A DNA stretch of 64,000 nucleotides from Eledone cirrhosa (GCA_964016885.1 OZ024740.1:316262001-316326000), one strand, 5' to 3'. Shown: positions 35,454 to 48,897, numbered from the stretch's first letter. Made by a program: numbers and translations. The notes: a model not told the origin generated them from the sequence alone.

Positions 35454-36746
35454 CTGAAAAACAAAATATTTGATAATGTCAATCTATATTATAAAAGAGA
35501 ATCTATAGACTATTTTACAAATTGGCTTGGGGGGGGGGGGGTTCCCCTTACCCCTCCGTTTTCTGAAGGAAAAAAGTATTTTGCAGCATGTTCATAGGTA
35601 AGATTAGTTAGCAGCACATGATAAAATAGTAGAAAAGAAATTATTTCCTACTGAAATCAGTCGGGGTGTCTTTCTATAAATTCATTAATGTCTTTACTTT
35701 ATAATCAAGAAATTTCAATTAGATTATATAATGTTTGCAATAAAAAGAAAAAGAGGAATTAAAATTAAATAAAGAAATTACGGGAAAGTGGGAAGAGAGC
35801 AGCAGACTTCACACCTGAATATCACAGCTGCACCCTGCAAATGAAATAGTGAAGTAGTTACTATGGAGAGCAACCAGTGACACGTGCTACATCAACTATT
35901 TCACTTCACAGGGCTTCTTCCTCAGGCAGGATGCTCTCCTCGCAATTTTGCAGAGGAAATGAGCAGTTCAGAGACAGAGGACACCAGATGTCCCAACAGC
36001 AATTGGCATGTAAAGAAAGTGGCCTGTCAAATCCCAGGTTTGTGGCCGAAGCAACAAAGTTGAAGGTGAAGAACATGTCATTCCAGATTAAAAATTTACC
36101 TCCCTCAAAACGGAAGTGTTATCTCATCTTGGCCCTTACCATCAGTACGGTTGATGACCAGCAGGCTCCAAATGTGATGAGAAACTGGTGACATCATATT
36201 ATTACTATTACTGAAGTGATCACTGTGGTGGTCTACTCTCAGTTACAACTGTAATGTTAAGTGTTGAAACATTACAGTATTGTTAATAATTAAAATTACA
36301 GATTCTTCTTTCCTCTTTATAACTCCACAATTTCCTACCTATAATTTTGAGACTCAACTCTTTCATGACCACATTTCTAATGAAATACACTATTTTAATC
36401 AATAGATGAAGAATTTGATGGTCTATTAAAAGGTATTAATTATTTCATAACTAAGTAACTTAATTGTTTCTACTTTTGGCACAAGACCAGGAATTACCCA
36501 GGAATGGGTTGACAACTAAAGAGTTAATAAACATGTAACATGAAGAATATAAATGCCATGCTGGGCCTCACATTGACTCCACCTTAAAACGATGGGGTGA
36601 AATAAGAATACACCTCTATTTTATATTGAGTACTTAGTTATATTCTGAGATTAAATCAATTCCCACCAGAATAATTTCCTTCTCAACTAATTACTAATGT
36701 TTCACACACACGCACACCAAAGCAAACATTAAAAAAGATGACTTGC

Positions 36747-36833
36747 ATTTCGTGTTTGTAAGGTCATTCTTTTAGAGTGTGGATCAACTTCAGAGCGTTC
36801 ACTGGCAAAACATGTTCGATCGATGCCAACAAT
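36747..36833 (-). CDS. PRELID3B: PRELID3 exon (IVGIDRTCFASERSEVDPHSKRMTLQTRN) with GC donor
   Basis: ttccAG acceptor, 87 nt, donor AAT|GCAAGT required to keep frame. Confidence 0.9.
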
Positions 36834-38239
36834 CTGGAATACAATGAAATTTCAAATGAGATCTACAGAATGTAAATTCACTTCTAATATAAGAATATAT
36901 ATCAGAGAGAGATTATTCACGCTTACTACAATTGACTAGATTATTTACAAATTCATAGCTTTGATTTCCCGTAACAGCATAAGCCAATATAACAACTATT
37001 CAATTACTACAACAGTACCCATCAAAAATGACAAGGTCTATAGTAAAAAATATTTTATTTAATAATTCTTTGATTAAAATATCCTATATGAAGACGTTTG
37101 AATCCCCAGGTTTTCTTTGACCTTTGGGACCTTTAATCTTCTGCATTCCTCTCCCTTGCCCCCTTCTGGTCATTCCAGTCATCACTATTTCTTCACTTTA
37201 TATTATAATAATATTAGCCTTCATATACTCCATACTTTACTTAACACTACAACAACGATTATTGGTAACAACTGCCTGGTTGGCTGGTGGTTTTGTTGAT
37301 TTCTGAAGATAGAGCGAGAGACAGATACATAGGTAGATTGATGTACACAAAGCTGATGTACACAAAGCTAAATGGATAGACATTGTTGTTGTAAACATCT
37401 ATCATAGCTGTTTTTGTGGTTGTAAACAAAGACACACATATCCATCATCACATCACCATTTAACGTCTATTTTCCATGCTAACATGGTTTAGATGGACTG
37501 TCATCTTAAGAGACATGTCGGATCAGGTGATCATGTCTAGCTCGTATGGATCTGTTTCTGGCTTGGTTTCTACAGCTAGATGCCCTTCCTGATGCCAACC
37601 GCATTGGACTGGGTGCTTTTTATCATGGCACCAAAATTACCACTTGATAGGGTTCTTTTTATCATAGCGCCAGCATGACGATCTATAGAGTGAACTGGAT
37701 GCTTATATATATATAAATATATAAAAATATAGATAAAGAGAGAGCTAACAGTTTAGACAAATATGACCATTGTTCAGCTGAGTACTAGATATTTGAAAAA
37801 CTAGTGTGTAGGTAATGTACAGGTTAGTGCTTGATAGCTGAGCTCTTGTTTCAATGTCAAAATGGCAAGAGTTCAGCTGTCAAGCATTAACTCTTTACAG
37901 TGTATATACATATTCCAATGTTAACTTGGTTGGTGTTAGGAAGGCAACCAGCTGTAAAAAGCCAGCCAAAATACAGTTCTGTTTGAGCCAGGTACAGTGC
38001 AGCCATCTGGCCAGAGTTGTATCATAATGTAGATAACCTGTCTAACCCATGCAAGCATGGAAAAATAGTCATTAAATAGTGATGATGATGATATATACAT
38101 TGTAAATATTATCATCATCATCATCATGTTTACTTGTGTGATCAAGCTTTCTTCCTGGGTACATGCATACAATACAGCTTCCCTGACTAACCAAAGGTTA
38201 AGTCACATGATCATGGGTTTTATATATTTAGATATTAGC

Positions 38240-38490
38240 TGTGGTCAATATTATGGGCATGTGGTTAGAATGTCTCAAGAAAGAATCGCTGGACAGATTT
38301 TATGGGCTAAACTAACTGGCGGGAGACCCAGAGCAAGATGGTTGGATAACATCCACGAGCTTGGCTGGTCTCGCTTGGGGATCCAGCCGGATCAGTTGGA
38401 GATGGTTGCTTTTGACAAGACCCGCTAGAATGAGTGTTTGAGGACTGACCCCCATGACCCTCCCAAGAATAAGTGGAGTAAAAAGAAGAA
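38240..38490 (+). mobile_element. 3' end of a third RTE family
   Basis: YYGHVVRM...GGRPRARWLDNI; related pieces at ~21620-21780 and ~56625-56760. Confidence 0.7.
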
Positions 38491-38795
38491 CATTAATTAT
38501 ACTAACAGCTTTGTTCAACTGATTATTGCTTGGGATTATAAAATATGAAAATTAATGTAATTTGTTGGTAAATTCATTTGTTAATGTGATTTAATAATTT
38601 TAAAGTTACTTTTCAATTCCTCTGTACAGCTATTGTCTGTTTTGATAGTTTACTAAATATCATCATCATCATCATCATCCTCATCACTGTTTAATGTCCA
38701 TTTTCCATGCTAGCATGGGTTAGCTGGGTTGTCCTATTTAAGGCAAGTTGAGGTCATATTGGATTTAAAATGATATATGACACAGTCAGCTATTA

Positions 38796-39323
<528 letters not shown>

Positions 39324-39848
39324 TTATAATTACTGTTATAATATAAATAAAACAAAATAATTACTGCCATAAAGAAAAGAAAAGAAAACAAACACAAAGA
39401 GAGTAAAATTAAAGTACCAAAATACTGGTAACTGATTCCATTACTAAAATACTTGAGTAAATTTTTCTATCAAAAAGCAGAACACCACAGAGATTCTTAT
39501 TTGAAATATCTGAACCATTAAGCTGACCTTCCATATTTCTGTTACTTTGATTTGTTTATATTCTGTTGTCCTATACACTCCTCTGGTATTTATTTCTAAT
39601 GCTAAGTTTAACCTTAATCCTTATATCACAACCATTAATCAAATGTTAACACATTTGAACTTTGTAATGACAGCTTTACTGTTATATCTATACTGTGATT
39701 TATAATTTACTTATTAATGGTAATAAAATCAATCAACAGGTAATATACACCAGTATACAGGTAAATACCCGACACACTGAATCTTTAAGCCAGGTTCAGT
39801 CTCTTGTTAAAACCAGTTCTCTTTTAGTCACGTTATTAATGTATTTAA

Positions 39849-40066
39849 CCCTTTAGCATTTACATTACTCTATATTTACTATTATATTTTTGAGGTAATG
39901 GCATTACCTCACATAATTATCTCGCATAATATCAAATCTAGGAGATTTTGATATTTATTTTGAGAACAGCACCTTAACATCAGTATGAGTGACCAGTTAC
40001 AGCTGGTTTGTATAGAAAGAGGTGAGAGAATTCTGACCAGATACAGTCGGTTTAAATGTTAAAGGG
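39849..40066. mobile_element. piggyBac-like MITE
   Basis: TTAA|CCCTTTAGCATTTA ... TAAATGTTAAAGGG|TTAA. Confidence 0.85.
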
Positions 40067-40204
40067 TTAAAGAAGTGGATTAGCAGAATCTTTAGTACAT
40101 CAGTTGAAATACATTGCAGTATTTTGTTACAGTCCTCGACATTCTGAATTCAAATTCTGCAGAGGTCAACTTTGCCCTTCATCCTTTCAGGCCTGGTGGA
40201 TGAA

Positions 40205-40515
40205 TAGGGTATTAGAGAGAGAGGAAGACAAATAAATTGCAAAGGATGATGGAGATAGAACCAGTGATGAATGTTTTGAAGAGAAATGAAATGAAATAAT
40301 TGGGACATATGTTGAGGAAGGGTGAAAGGGATTGGGTGAGAGGAGTGAAGGAAATTAATGTGGAAGTAGGTAGAGGAAAAGGAAGACCAAGAAAGACATG
40401 GCAAAAGTTAAATGCCAATGTTGGTAAGGGAAGGTGCATCCAATAGGGCAAAATGGATGACTTTGTCACGGGGCCCTATATGGCTAACCCTTACTTTAAC
40501 AGGGAAACAATCTTA
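40205..40515 (+). mobile_element. Old RTE 3' fragment
   Basis: LGHMLRK...GRGKGRPRKTWQ with stops. Confidence 0.6.
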
Positions 40516-40734
40516 AACACTTGTAGTTATATCAGGAAGATAAAACAAAGAAGCATGAACAGATTAAAAAAAAACAATTAGAAATTAAATATTTTATAAA
40601 CAAACTCCAATAAGAGAAAAAAGGACAACTGATAAATATAATAATAAATACAAACAGTTTACTCAGCTGTAGAAATGAGATGATAGGGACTGGGGTCCAT
40701 ATCATTCCACTGCAAAGTGGTCGTGGAGGTTCCA

Positions 40735-40895
40735 CGGCAAAAAAGCACCAGCACTCACTGTAAATGAGGTTGGTGTTAGGAAGGGCATCCAGCTGTAGAA
40801 ATCAAGCCAGAATCAGTTCCCGTCCCACCCTTGCAAGCAGGGAAAAAGCGGACGTAAAATGAAATGATGAAATGATGAAATGATGATGATGATGA
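40735..40895 (+). mobile_element. Short element with an RTE-A type tail
   Basis: GGTGTTAGGAAGGGCATCCAGC body joined to GTCCCACCCTTGCAAGCAGGGAAAAAGCGGACGTAAAATGA. Confidence 0.8.
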
Positions 40896-41060
40896 CAATA
40901 ACCTGTACTGGGGACAAGGATCAAGAAAAAGCCTAACAATTGTTTGGGTCATTTTATTGTTAGGTTACACTTAGATTATCAATGGTTGGAACAAAAGAAA
41001 CTGTGACTCAGCTAGAAACACAGCAGAAAGTTATATGACAGATTTATTACATCATTTATC

Positions 41061-43900
41061 AAGGTCAGAAGCATCGACCCTGACTTCATCACAGTCACGG
41101 AAACATGGGCACATTCCTTACTCTGTGATGGGGTTTTCAGCATTACTGGGTACAACCTTTTACGCAAGGACCGCATTAATCGCCGTGGTGGTGGTGTGAT
41201 GGTCTACGTTCATTCAAACTTTTCGGTAATTCCTTGCGTTGATTTGAACGAATCACAGGAAGAAGTTTTTTTCTGTGACATACGTATGACCATGTCAACA
41301 CTTCTGCTTGGTGTTGTTTATCGCCCCCCAAACTACCATCAGGACACACAGCTTTGCGATATCCTCAGAGTTGCTGCCAAGAAAACAGCCACTTATGTGT
41401 TTATTGCAGGTGACTTCAATCATCCTGAGATCGATTGGGAAACCTTTCGTTGGCCACAAGGTGCAAACGATTTCCTTGAACTAGTGCTGGACTTAAACTG
41501 GTCACAAGTAGTCACCTCTCCAACAAGAGGTGACAACACTTTGGACCTGATCTTCACCACTACTCCTGAAGTGGTTATCAGTTGTACTACTGAGTAACCT
41601 CTAGGTGACTCTGATCATGCTATGATCATTGCCAATCTGGCTCTTGCGGGCAGCAACAAAAACCAGAGCCATCTCCAATCTGCTTGCTTTGATTGGAAGA
41701 AAGCGGATTGGAACTTGTATTGCACTGAGCTACAGCGCCCAAACTGGCATGAGATGTATAACTCTGGAGATGTGAACACTATACTCCAGAGCATCCTGGA
41801 CTCAATATGGATAGCGTGTGCAGCATCGGTGCCACGTAAGCAGAAAAAAAACCACCCCAAAAGTGCAATTTGGGAAACTTCAGCGGTCCGACTTGCCAGG
41901 AAAGAACGTCGGAACGCTGAACGGGAATATAAACTGCATAAATCAGATGCCAACAGAAAAAAGCGGAATAAATCTTCTAACCATCTCAAGCAAGTGACAA
42001 AGAAGGCAGTGCTTGAATTTGAACAGTGCATAGCAACCAATCCTGACAGTAAGGTGTTCTGGAAATATGTTCAGTTGGTCCTCTTCGCAATCCCCACACA
42101 AGCCAGATCACTGACGATCCCAAAGAATGCGCAGAACTCATTGCTGAGTGCTATGCAAGTATTTTTACTGTTGAAAACCAGAATGCACCATCTCCACCAT
42201 CTCTAACATCAAATTCCATAACAACTATGGAATTTACACCTGCAATGTTGCGACGTCACCTTAAGAATAAGTGCAACTATGCCTCCCCTGGTCTTGATGG
42301 TGTGACATACCTGCTTCTCAAGCGTGGCGGGTATTTCCTTTTGCGCCAGCTTTCTTTCTTCTTTCAATACTGACTCAACAATGGTGCTACTCCGGAGCAG
42401 TGGAAAACTGCCAGTGACATTCCCCTGTTCAAAAAGGGCAACCGCATGTCACCTGTCAACTATCGTCAAGTCAGTCTTACTAACTGTATGGCCAAACTGA
42501 TGGAATCCTGTGTCAGAGAAACACTTTGGAACTTCTGGAGCTCTCACAGCCTCATCCGGCCCTCACAGTTTGGATTTATCCCTAACTCCAGCTGCTGTGA
42601 TCAGCTTATCGAGTTCCTTGAAGACATCACCCGGATCACTGACAGCGGCTCATGGGTGGATGTTGTTTACCTTGACTTTGCTAAGGCTTTTAATTTTGTG
42701 CCACACAAAAGACTTATGGCAAAACTCTCTGCAATGGGTGTGAGGGATGATCTTTTCGACTGGTTGAAATCCTTCATTCTCAGCCGAAAAGAAGTAGTCA
42801 CGGTTCTAGGACAGCATCCTTCACCATATGAGATGTCATCTGGTGTACCGCAGGGATCTGTTCTTGGTCCCCTTTTGTTTGTGGCATATATTAATGACAT
42901 AGATGCCAACTTGCAGAATGCCACGGTACTGAAATATGCAGATGACATCAAGCTGTACCTTGAAATCAAAAGGACTGATCCTGAAATCTACAACTCTTTC
43001 CTACAATCGGACCTGGACACAATGCAGCAATGGATCACAGACTGGCAACTGAAGCTGGCTGTGGACAAGTGTACCACCATGCATTTTGGGAAAAATCCAG
43101 CGTCCACATACTCCCTCCACAACACTGATATCAAGAAGTCCTCTTGTGAACGTGACTTGGGCATTACTGTCAGCAGCGATTTGCGTTGGACAAAGCATGT
43201 CTCTAAGATTGTCAAGAAGGCCGAGGGTGTCTTGGCATCACTCAGCAAGACCTTTGTTAGCCGCTCTCCAGCCATCTATTTAAAACTGTATACAGCTATG
43301 GTACGACCACACTTGGAATTCGCATCATCAGTCTGGAACCCCTATCTTGCTCAGAACATTGACCTCCTGGAAACTGTTCAGAGACGTGCAACCAAGCGCA
43401 TACCCTCCATCAGACACCTACCATACTCTGAACACCTTGCTTCCCTGGGCATGGATTCATTGAAGCTCCGACGTCTGGCAATGGACTTGGTAAATACCCA
43501 CAAAGTTATTAACCATCTCGCCAATTGCAACCCTGAGCACCTTTTTGATCTCCATGTGTCTAACACACATGGACATGCCTACAAAATCAGAAAACAGCAC
43601 AGCTCCCATGACTTTCGTAGACATTTTTTCACGCTCAGAGTTGCTGAAGCATGGAACAAACTGCCTGCGTCAGTTGTTAGCTGCCGAGACACTGCATCCT
43701 TTAAGACACTCATGCTTCCCGAAATACGCCAAAACTACACCTGATGTACCCCTTCCATACACATGCACACATGTGTGTATCATGACTCGTGCACTGTTCA
43801 TTTTCCTGATGTTTGTGCATTGCCCTATGTACTGTACATGCACTTTTTGATGAGTTGTGGTGCACCTGGGCACTGTACACAATATTTCATTATTATTATT
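41061..43900 (+). mobile_element. CR1-clade LINE, 5'-truncated and disrupted (APE + RT)
   Basis: VTETW, VYRPPN, AGDFNHP, LDLIF; YLDFAKAF, VPQGSVLGPLLF, KYADD, FFTLRVAEAWNKLP; (ATT)n tail. Confidence 0.93.
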
Positions 43901-43902
43901 AT

Positions 43903-44022
43903 ATCATGACTCATACACTGTTCATTTTCCTGACATTTGTACATTATTCTATGTACTATACATGCACCTTTGATGAGCTGTAGTGCACCTGAGCACTGTA
44001 CACAATAATTTCATTATTATTA
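43903..44022 (+). mobile_element. Second CR1 3' tail in tandem
   Basis: Repeats 43779-43900 with substitutions. Confidence 0.85.
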
Positions 44023-44269
44023 TAACCTAGCTCAATATTTACTATTGAATAGAAACATGAAAAAGCACGGTTTTTTATTCTATATTATAACACCTTCTTG
44101 GGCAGGATTTAGTTTTCTTGAGCAAATGAACCAAATAATATATAAAACGACACTGAAACCATTATCATCATTTAACATCCACTTTCCCTGCTAGTAAGGG
44201 CTAAAAAGGCCATCAGTAGACCAGTTTGCTACTCAAGTGGAATTACTGAACCCTTGGGATATCTTTTCT

Positions 44270-44530
44270 TCTTAAGTCATTTTGCTTTCACTTTTTCTAA
44301 TGGCTAAAATATATGCAGTTCGCCACACCTGCATAAACATCCACACCACCGATGTTGTCCAAGGGAAAGGCAACAGCCGATACAGCCTGGCATTAATGTC
44401 ACACCTCATTTCTGTAGCTGAGAAAACTGGAGCAACATGAAAATAAAGTGTCTTCCTCGAGGACACAGTGCATCACCCAGTCCAAGAATCAAACTCACAA
44501 CCTCCAGACTAACTACTAAACCATGCGCCA
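44270..44530 (-). mobile_element. tRNA/CORE-type SINE
   Basis: Minus strand GTGTCCTCGAGGAAGACACTTTATTTTCATGTTGCTCCAG. Confidence 0.65.
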
Positions 44531-44619
44531 TGGGATATAAAAGAGATATAAAGCAATATATTTTTTATGGAAGACATCTATATAAATTTTACAACCTTAT
44601 TACAAATGTTTTGAATATG

Positions 44620-46410
44620 TGTTGATAAACTGCTACAAGGGTAAAGGGGATGCTCTAGATAGGGGAAACTATAGAGGCATTAAGTTAGTTGACCAGATCA
44701 TGAAGGTCACAGAAAGAGTTACAGCGCAACTAATCAGAGAGCGAATTGATCTAGATAAAATGCAGTTTGGGTTTGTGTCAGGTAAAAGTACCACAGACGC
44801 TCTTTTCCTTGTACAACTACAAGTACCTAGCTAAAAGTAAACCCCTCTATTTAGCTTTTGTAGACCTGGCGAAAGCCTTTGACAGAGTCCCCCGCTCCAT
44901 TATCTGGTGGGCTCTTAGAAAACTAGGTGTAGATGAATGGCTTGTGAGAGCTATACAAGCTATGTATAATGAAACAGTCAGTAAGGTTAGAATTAACAAT
45001 GAATATTGTGAAGAATTTAGTGTAAAAGTTGGTGTTCATCAAGGCTCTGTCCTTAGCCCACTCCTATTTATTATTGCCCTTCAGGCTATAACAGAGGAGT
45101 TCAAGACCGGCTGCCCATGGGAACACCTATACGCAGATGATCTAACGCTCATAGCTGAATCAATGGCTGAACTAGAGAAGAAATTCCAAACATGGAAGCA
45201 TGGCCTAGAATCAAAAGGCCTTAAAGTTAACTTGTCTAAGACTAAAGTTCTAGTTTGTAGAAAGGAAAATAGAGCACAGGTGCCCTCAGGGAAATGGCCA
45301 TGCTCAGTGTGTAGGAAAGGAGTAGGCAGAAATTCCATTTTATGTCCCAAATGCAAAGTATGGATACATAAAAGATGTAGTGGGATCACAGGTAAACTAT
45401 CTAAGAACATAGATTTTATATGTGGCCAATGCTCAGGTGCAATAAGTAGCAAGTGTCCACAGGATACTAGCTCCTTCTATTGCCCAGATGGTTCTATAGA
45501 AATAGTAGACACTTTCCGTTACCTGGGTGACGAAATCAGCAGTGGTGGAGGGTGTTCTGAAAGTACAGTAGCCAGAGTCAGAACGGGATGGAAAAAAAGG
45601 TGTCTCTCTAAAAATGAAAGGCAGATTGTATGACGCGGGTATACAAACAGCAATGCTACATGGCAGTGAGACATGGGCATTACGTGCAGAGGACCTGCGC
45701 AGACTGGAAAGGAACGCAGCATGCATGCTCTGTTGGATGTGTAATAGTAATATACGTGAATGGCAAAGCATAAATGAACTAAGTGAGAAATTAGGAATAA
45801 GAGGGATCAGATGCTGTTTACTCGAGAGAAGACTACGTTGGTATGGTCAGGTGATGCGCATGAAAGACGACAGCTGCATAAAAAAGTGCAGGGCGATCAA
45901 AATTGATGGTAGTTCCGGAGTAGGTAGACCCAGAAAAACCTGGGACGATCTGATAAATTCCGACCTTACACACTTGCACCTCTCTAAGACAATGACACTG
46001 GACCGAGATCTTTGGCGCTATGCAGTAATACAGAAGACCCGCCTTGCCTATGTACAAAGCGAAACCTACAGTCAGTAGGCACCTCTTATCCAAATATACA
46101 CCCCAATCCACTACCCCTACCCTATTTTCCCACTCCCACCAACACCACGAGATAATGAGATCTAGATCGTGTAGGTGTGTCACAACAAAAAACACACAGT
46201 CCACGCTGTAATGTGGCCGTGTAGGTAACACGGTAAAAAGTTCCCAGTTCCACACTGTAAATGTGGTTGGTGTTAGGAAGAGCATCCAGCCATAGAAAAC
46301 CTGCCAGATAGTCCTATATGAGCGAGACCAACCTTGCCTCAAGTGTGACAACTCCCGTCTAACCCATGCTAGCGTGGAAGATGGACGTTAAACGATGATG
46401 ACGATGATGA
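44620..46410 (+). mobile_element. RTE family B, 5'-truncated (RT + PHD-like finger + 3'UTR)
   Basis: LINCYKGKGD, GVHQGSVLSP, LYADD, CSVCRKG..CPKCKVWIHKRC; frameshifts; (GAT)n tail. Confidence 0.92.
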
Positions 46411-47282
46411 AATCCTCTAAAATATTTAACATTTATATGTTAAAGTTTTGAAATACAACCCGGTTAAAGAACCCACATGCTGCGACACTACAATATCCTT
46501 TTCATATAGGTGTCTATTTTTAAAACATAACAGCAGATATGAATTAAATATTTTATGATATATCTTTATATCTCAACATTTGACATACGACTTACATTAC
46601 ATGTTATAAGGACTCTATTTAGCTGTTCTGGTTTAATGTTGCATGTGTTAAGAACATATCAAAAACATTAAATAAGGTTTTAAAACATTAAATTCAGTAA
46701 TATACACCAGATGGATAGAAAATATTTCATAAGATTTAACGTAATTATAATTGTTTCTACTTTTGGCACAAGGCCATCAATTATCCCAGTGTATTACTGG
46801 TACTTTAAAGTAATTATAATGCTAATTAATCTTAACTAATTAATATCCAATCCTAACAATACCTTTTTCATTTGGTTTTCAACATTTTGTGGAGGTTTTC
46901 ATGAAAACCTGAGAACTTTTTGACAACTATAAAGAAACATGATTCAATAGTTGAAATTCTCCAGATGTCATTATTAAGAAAAACCAAGGAAGATTGCATG
47001 TGATTTTAAAATATACACAGCTGATATTTACAAATAAATTTATAGCTAATTCAGGGCTTCTAGATGGTTGCTTAACCTGAAAGAAATAGCAGCCAACTTT
47101 CACTCAAATCATTATCGTCTTAAAAGGAAAGGCATAATACCCCAATGTTGTTATGGATAGGATATAGAAAAAACAAAACAAAAAGATTGTCACAACTGCA
47201 ACACCATTGAACATATGTCTGCTCAATAATACTTGACCTGGAGCTAAAAAAACTACATTAAGTATTTTAAAATATATTCTAT

Positions 47283-48250
47283 CCAGTCCACAGTGTAAAG
47301 TGATTGTGTAGGTGTCATGACGAAAAGCACCCAGACCACAGTGTAAAGTGGTCGTATAGGTGTCACGACGAAAAGCACCCAGACCACAGTGTAAAGTGGT
47401 CGTATAGGTGTCACAACGAAAAGCACCCAGACCACAGTGTAAAGAGGTCGTATAGGTGTCACAACGAAAAGCACCCAGACCACAGTGTAAAGTGGTTGTA
47501 TAGGTGTCACGACGAAAAGCACCCAGTCCACAGTGTAAAGTGGTTGTATAGGTGTCACAACGAAAAGCACCCAGTCCACAGTGTAAAGTGGTCGTATAGG
47601 TGTCACGACGAAAAGCACCCAGTCCACAGTGTAAAGTGGTCGTATAGGTGTCACGACGAAAAGCACCCAGTCCACAGTGTAAAGTGGTCGTATAGGTGTC
47701 ACAACGAATAGCACCCAGTCCACAGTATAAAGAGGTCGTATAGGTGTCACAACGAAAAGCACCCAGTCCACAGTGTAAAGTGGTCGTATAGGTGTCACGA
47801 TGAATAGCACCCAGACCACAGTGTAAAGTGGTCGTATAGGTGTCACGACGAATAGCACCCAGACCACAGTGTAAAGTGGTCGTATAGGTGTCACGACGAA
47901 AAGCACCCAGACCACAGTGTAAAGTGGTCGTATAGGTGTCACGACGAAAAGCACCCAGACCACAGTGTAAAGTGGTCGTATAGGTGTCACGATGAAAAGC
48001 ACCCAGTCCACAGTGTAAAGAGGTCGTATAGGTGTCACAACGAAAAGCACCCAGTCCACAGTATAAAGTGGTCGTATAGGTGTCACGATGAAAAGCACCC
48101 AGTCCACAGTGTAAAGTGGTCGTATAGATGTCACGATGAAAAGCACCCAGTCCACAGTGTAAAGAGGTCGTATAGGTGTCACAACGGAAAGCACCCAGTC
48201 CACAGTATAAAGTGATCATGTAGGAGTCAACAAAAAGCACGCAGCACTCA
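47283..48250 (+). repeat. 48-bp minisatellite, ~20 copies, continuous with an RTE-tailed element
   Basis: Unit GCACCCAGTCCACAGTGTAAAGTGGTCGTATAGGTGTCACGACGAAAA. Confidence 0.97.
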
Positions 48251-48418
48251 CTGTAAATGTGGTTGGTGTTAGGATGGGCATCCAGCTGAAGAAACCTAAC
48301 CAGAAACAGTTCTAAACGAGTAAGACATGGTCACCTGATCCAACTTGCCTCAAATGGGACAACCTGTCTAACCCATGCTAGCATGGAAAATGTACGTTAA
48401 ACAACAATGATGATGATT
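48240..48418 (+). mobile_element. Short RTE-tailed element (3' part of the array-bearing copy)
   Basis: GGTTGGTGTTAGGATGGGCATCCAGC...AACCCATGCTAGCATGGAAAATGTACGTTAAAC...(TGA)n. Confidence 0.85.
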
Positions 48419-48856
48419 TTAATGTATAAAGATTCTCATAAATTTCTTTTATTCCCAACAGAAAAATTGAAGATTGAGAAACATAGCTTTGATTCAATAC
48501 TAACTTAGTTGTGACTATTTCTAATATTCATTGCATATAATCACATTTTCAATTCAATGATGATTCTAACAGAATCGATTGATGGTGAGGTGAATAAATC
48601 TTGACATTTACATATTTTCATGAGATGTATATTTATGAAATAAATCATTATATAACACCTCTTACTATATAAAAATAAGAGGAAATGGCTCACTGCATAC
48701 CAGAATTACACAATCCAAATTTATATTATAATATAACTTGAATATAATTGTATGTGACAATTTCCCATATGTAACAGCTTTATATTTATCCACATTTTCA
48801 AGCCTTGTTAACTTTGAATAAAGAAGTTTATTTTTTAATTTATTCGATTTATTTTG

Positions 48857-48897
<41 letters not shown>

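Noticed and set aside
47283-48250. CRISPR-like array or 378-aa repeat protein
   Set aside because: No unique spacers, no cas genes, eukaryotic context; the ORFs arise because the 48-bp unit lacks stops in some frames.
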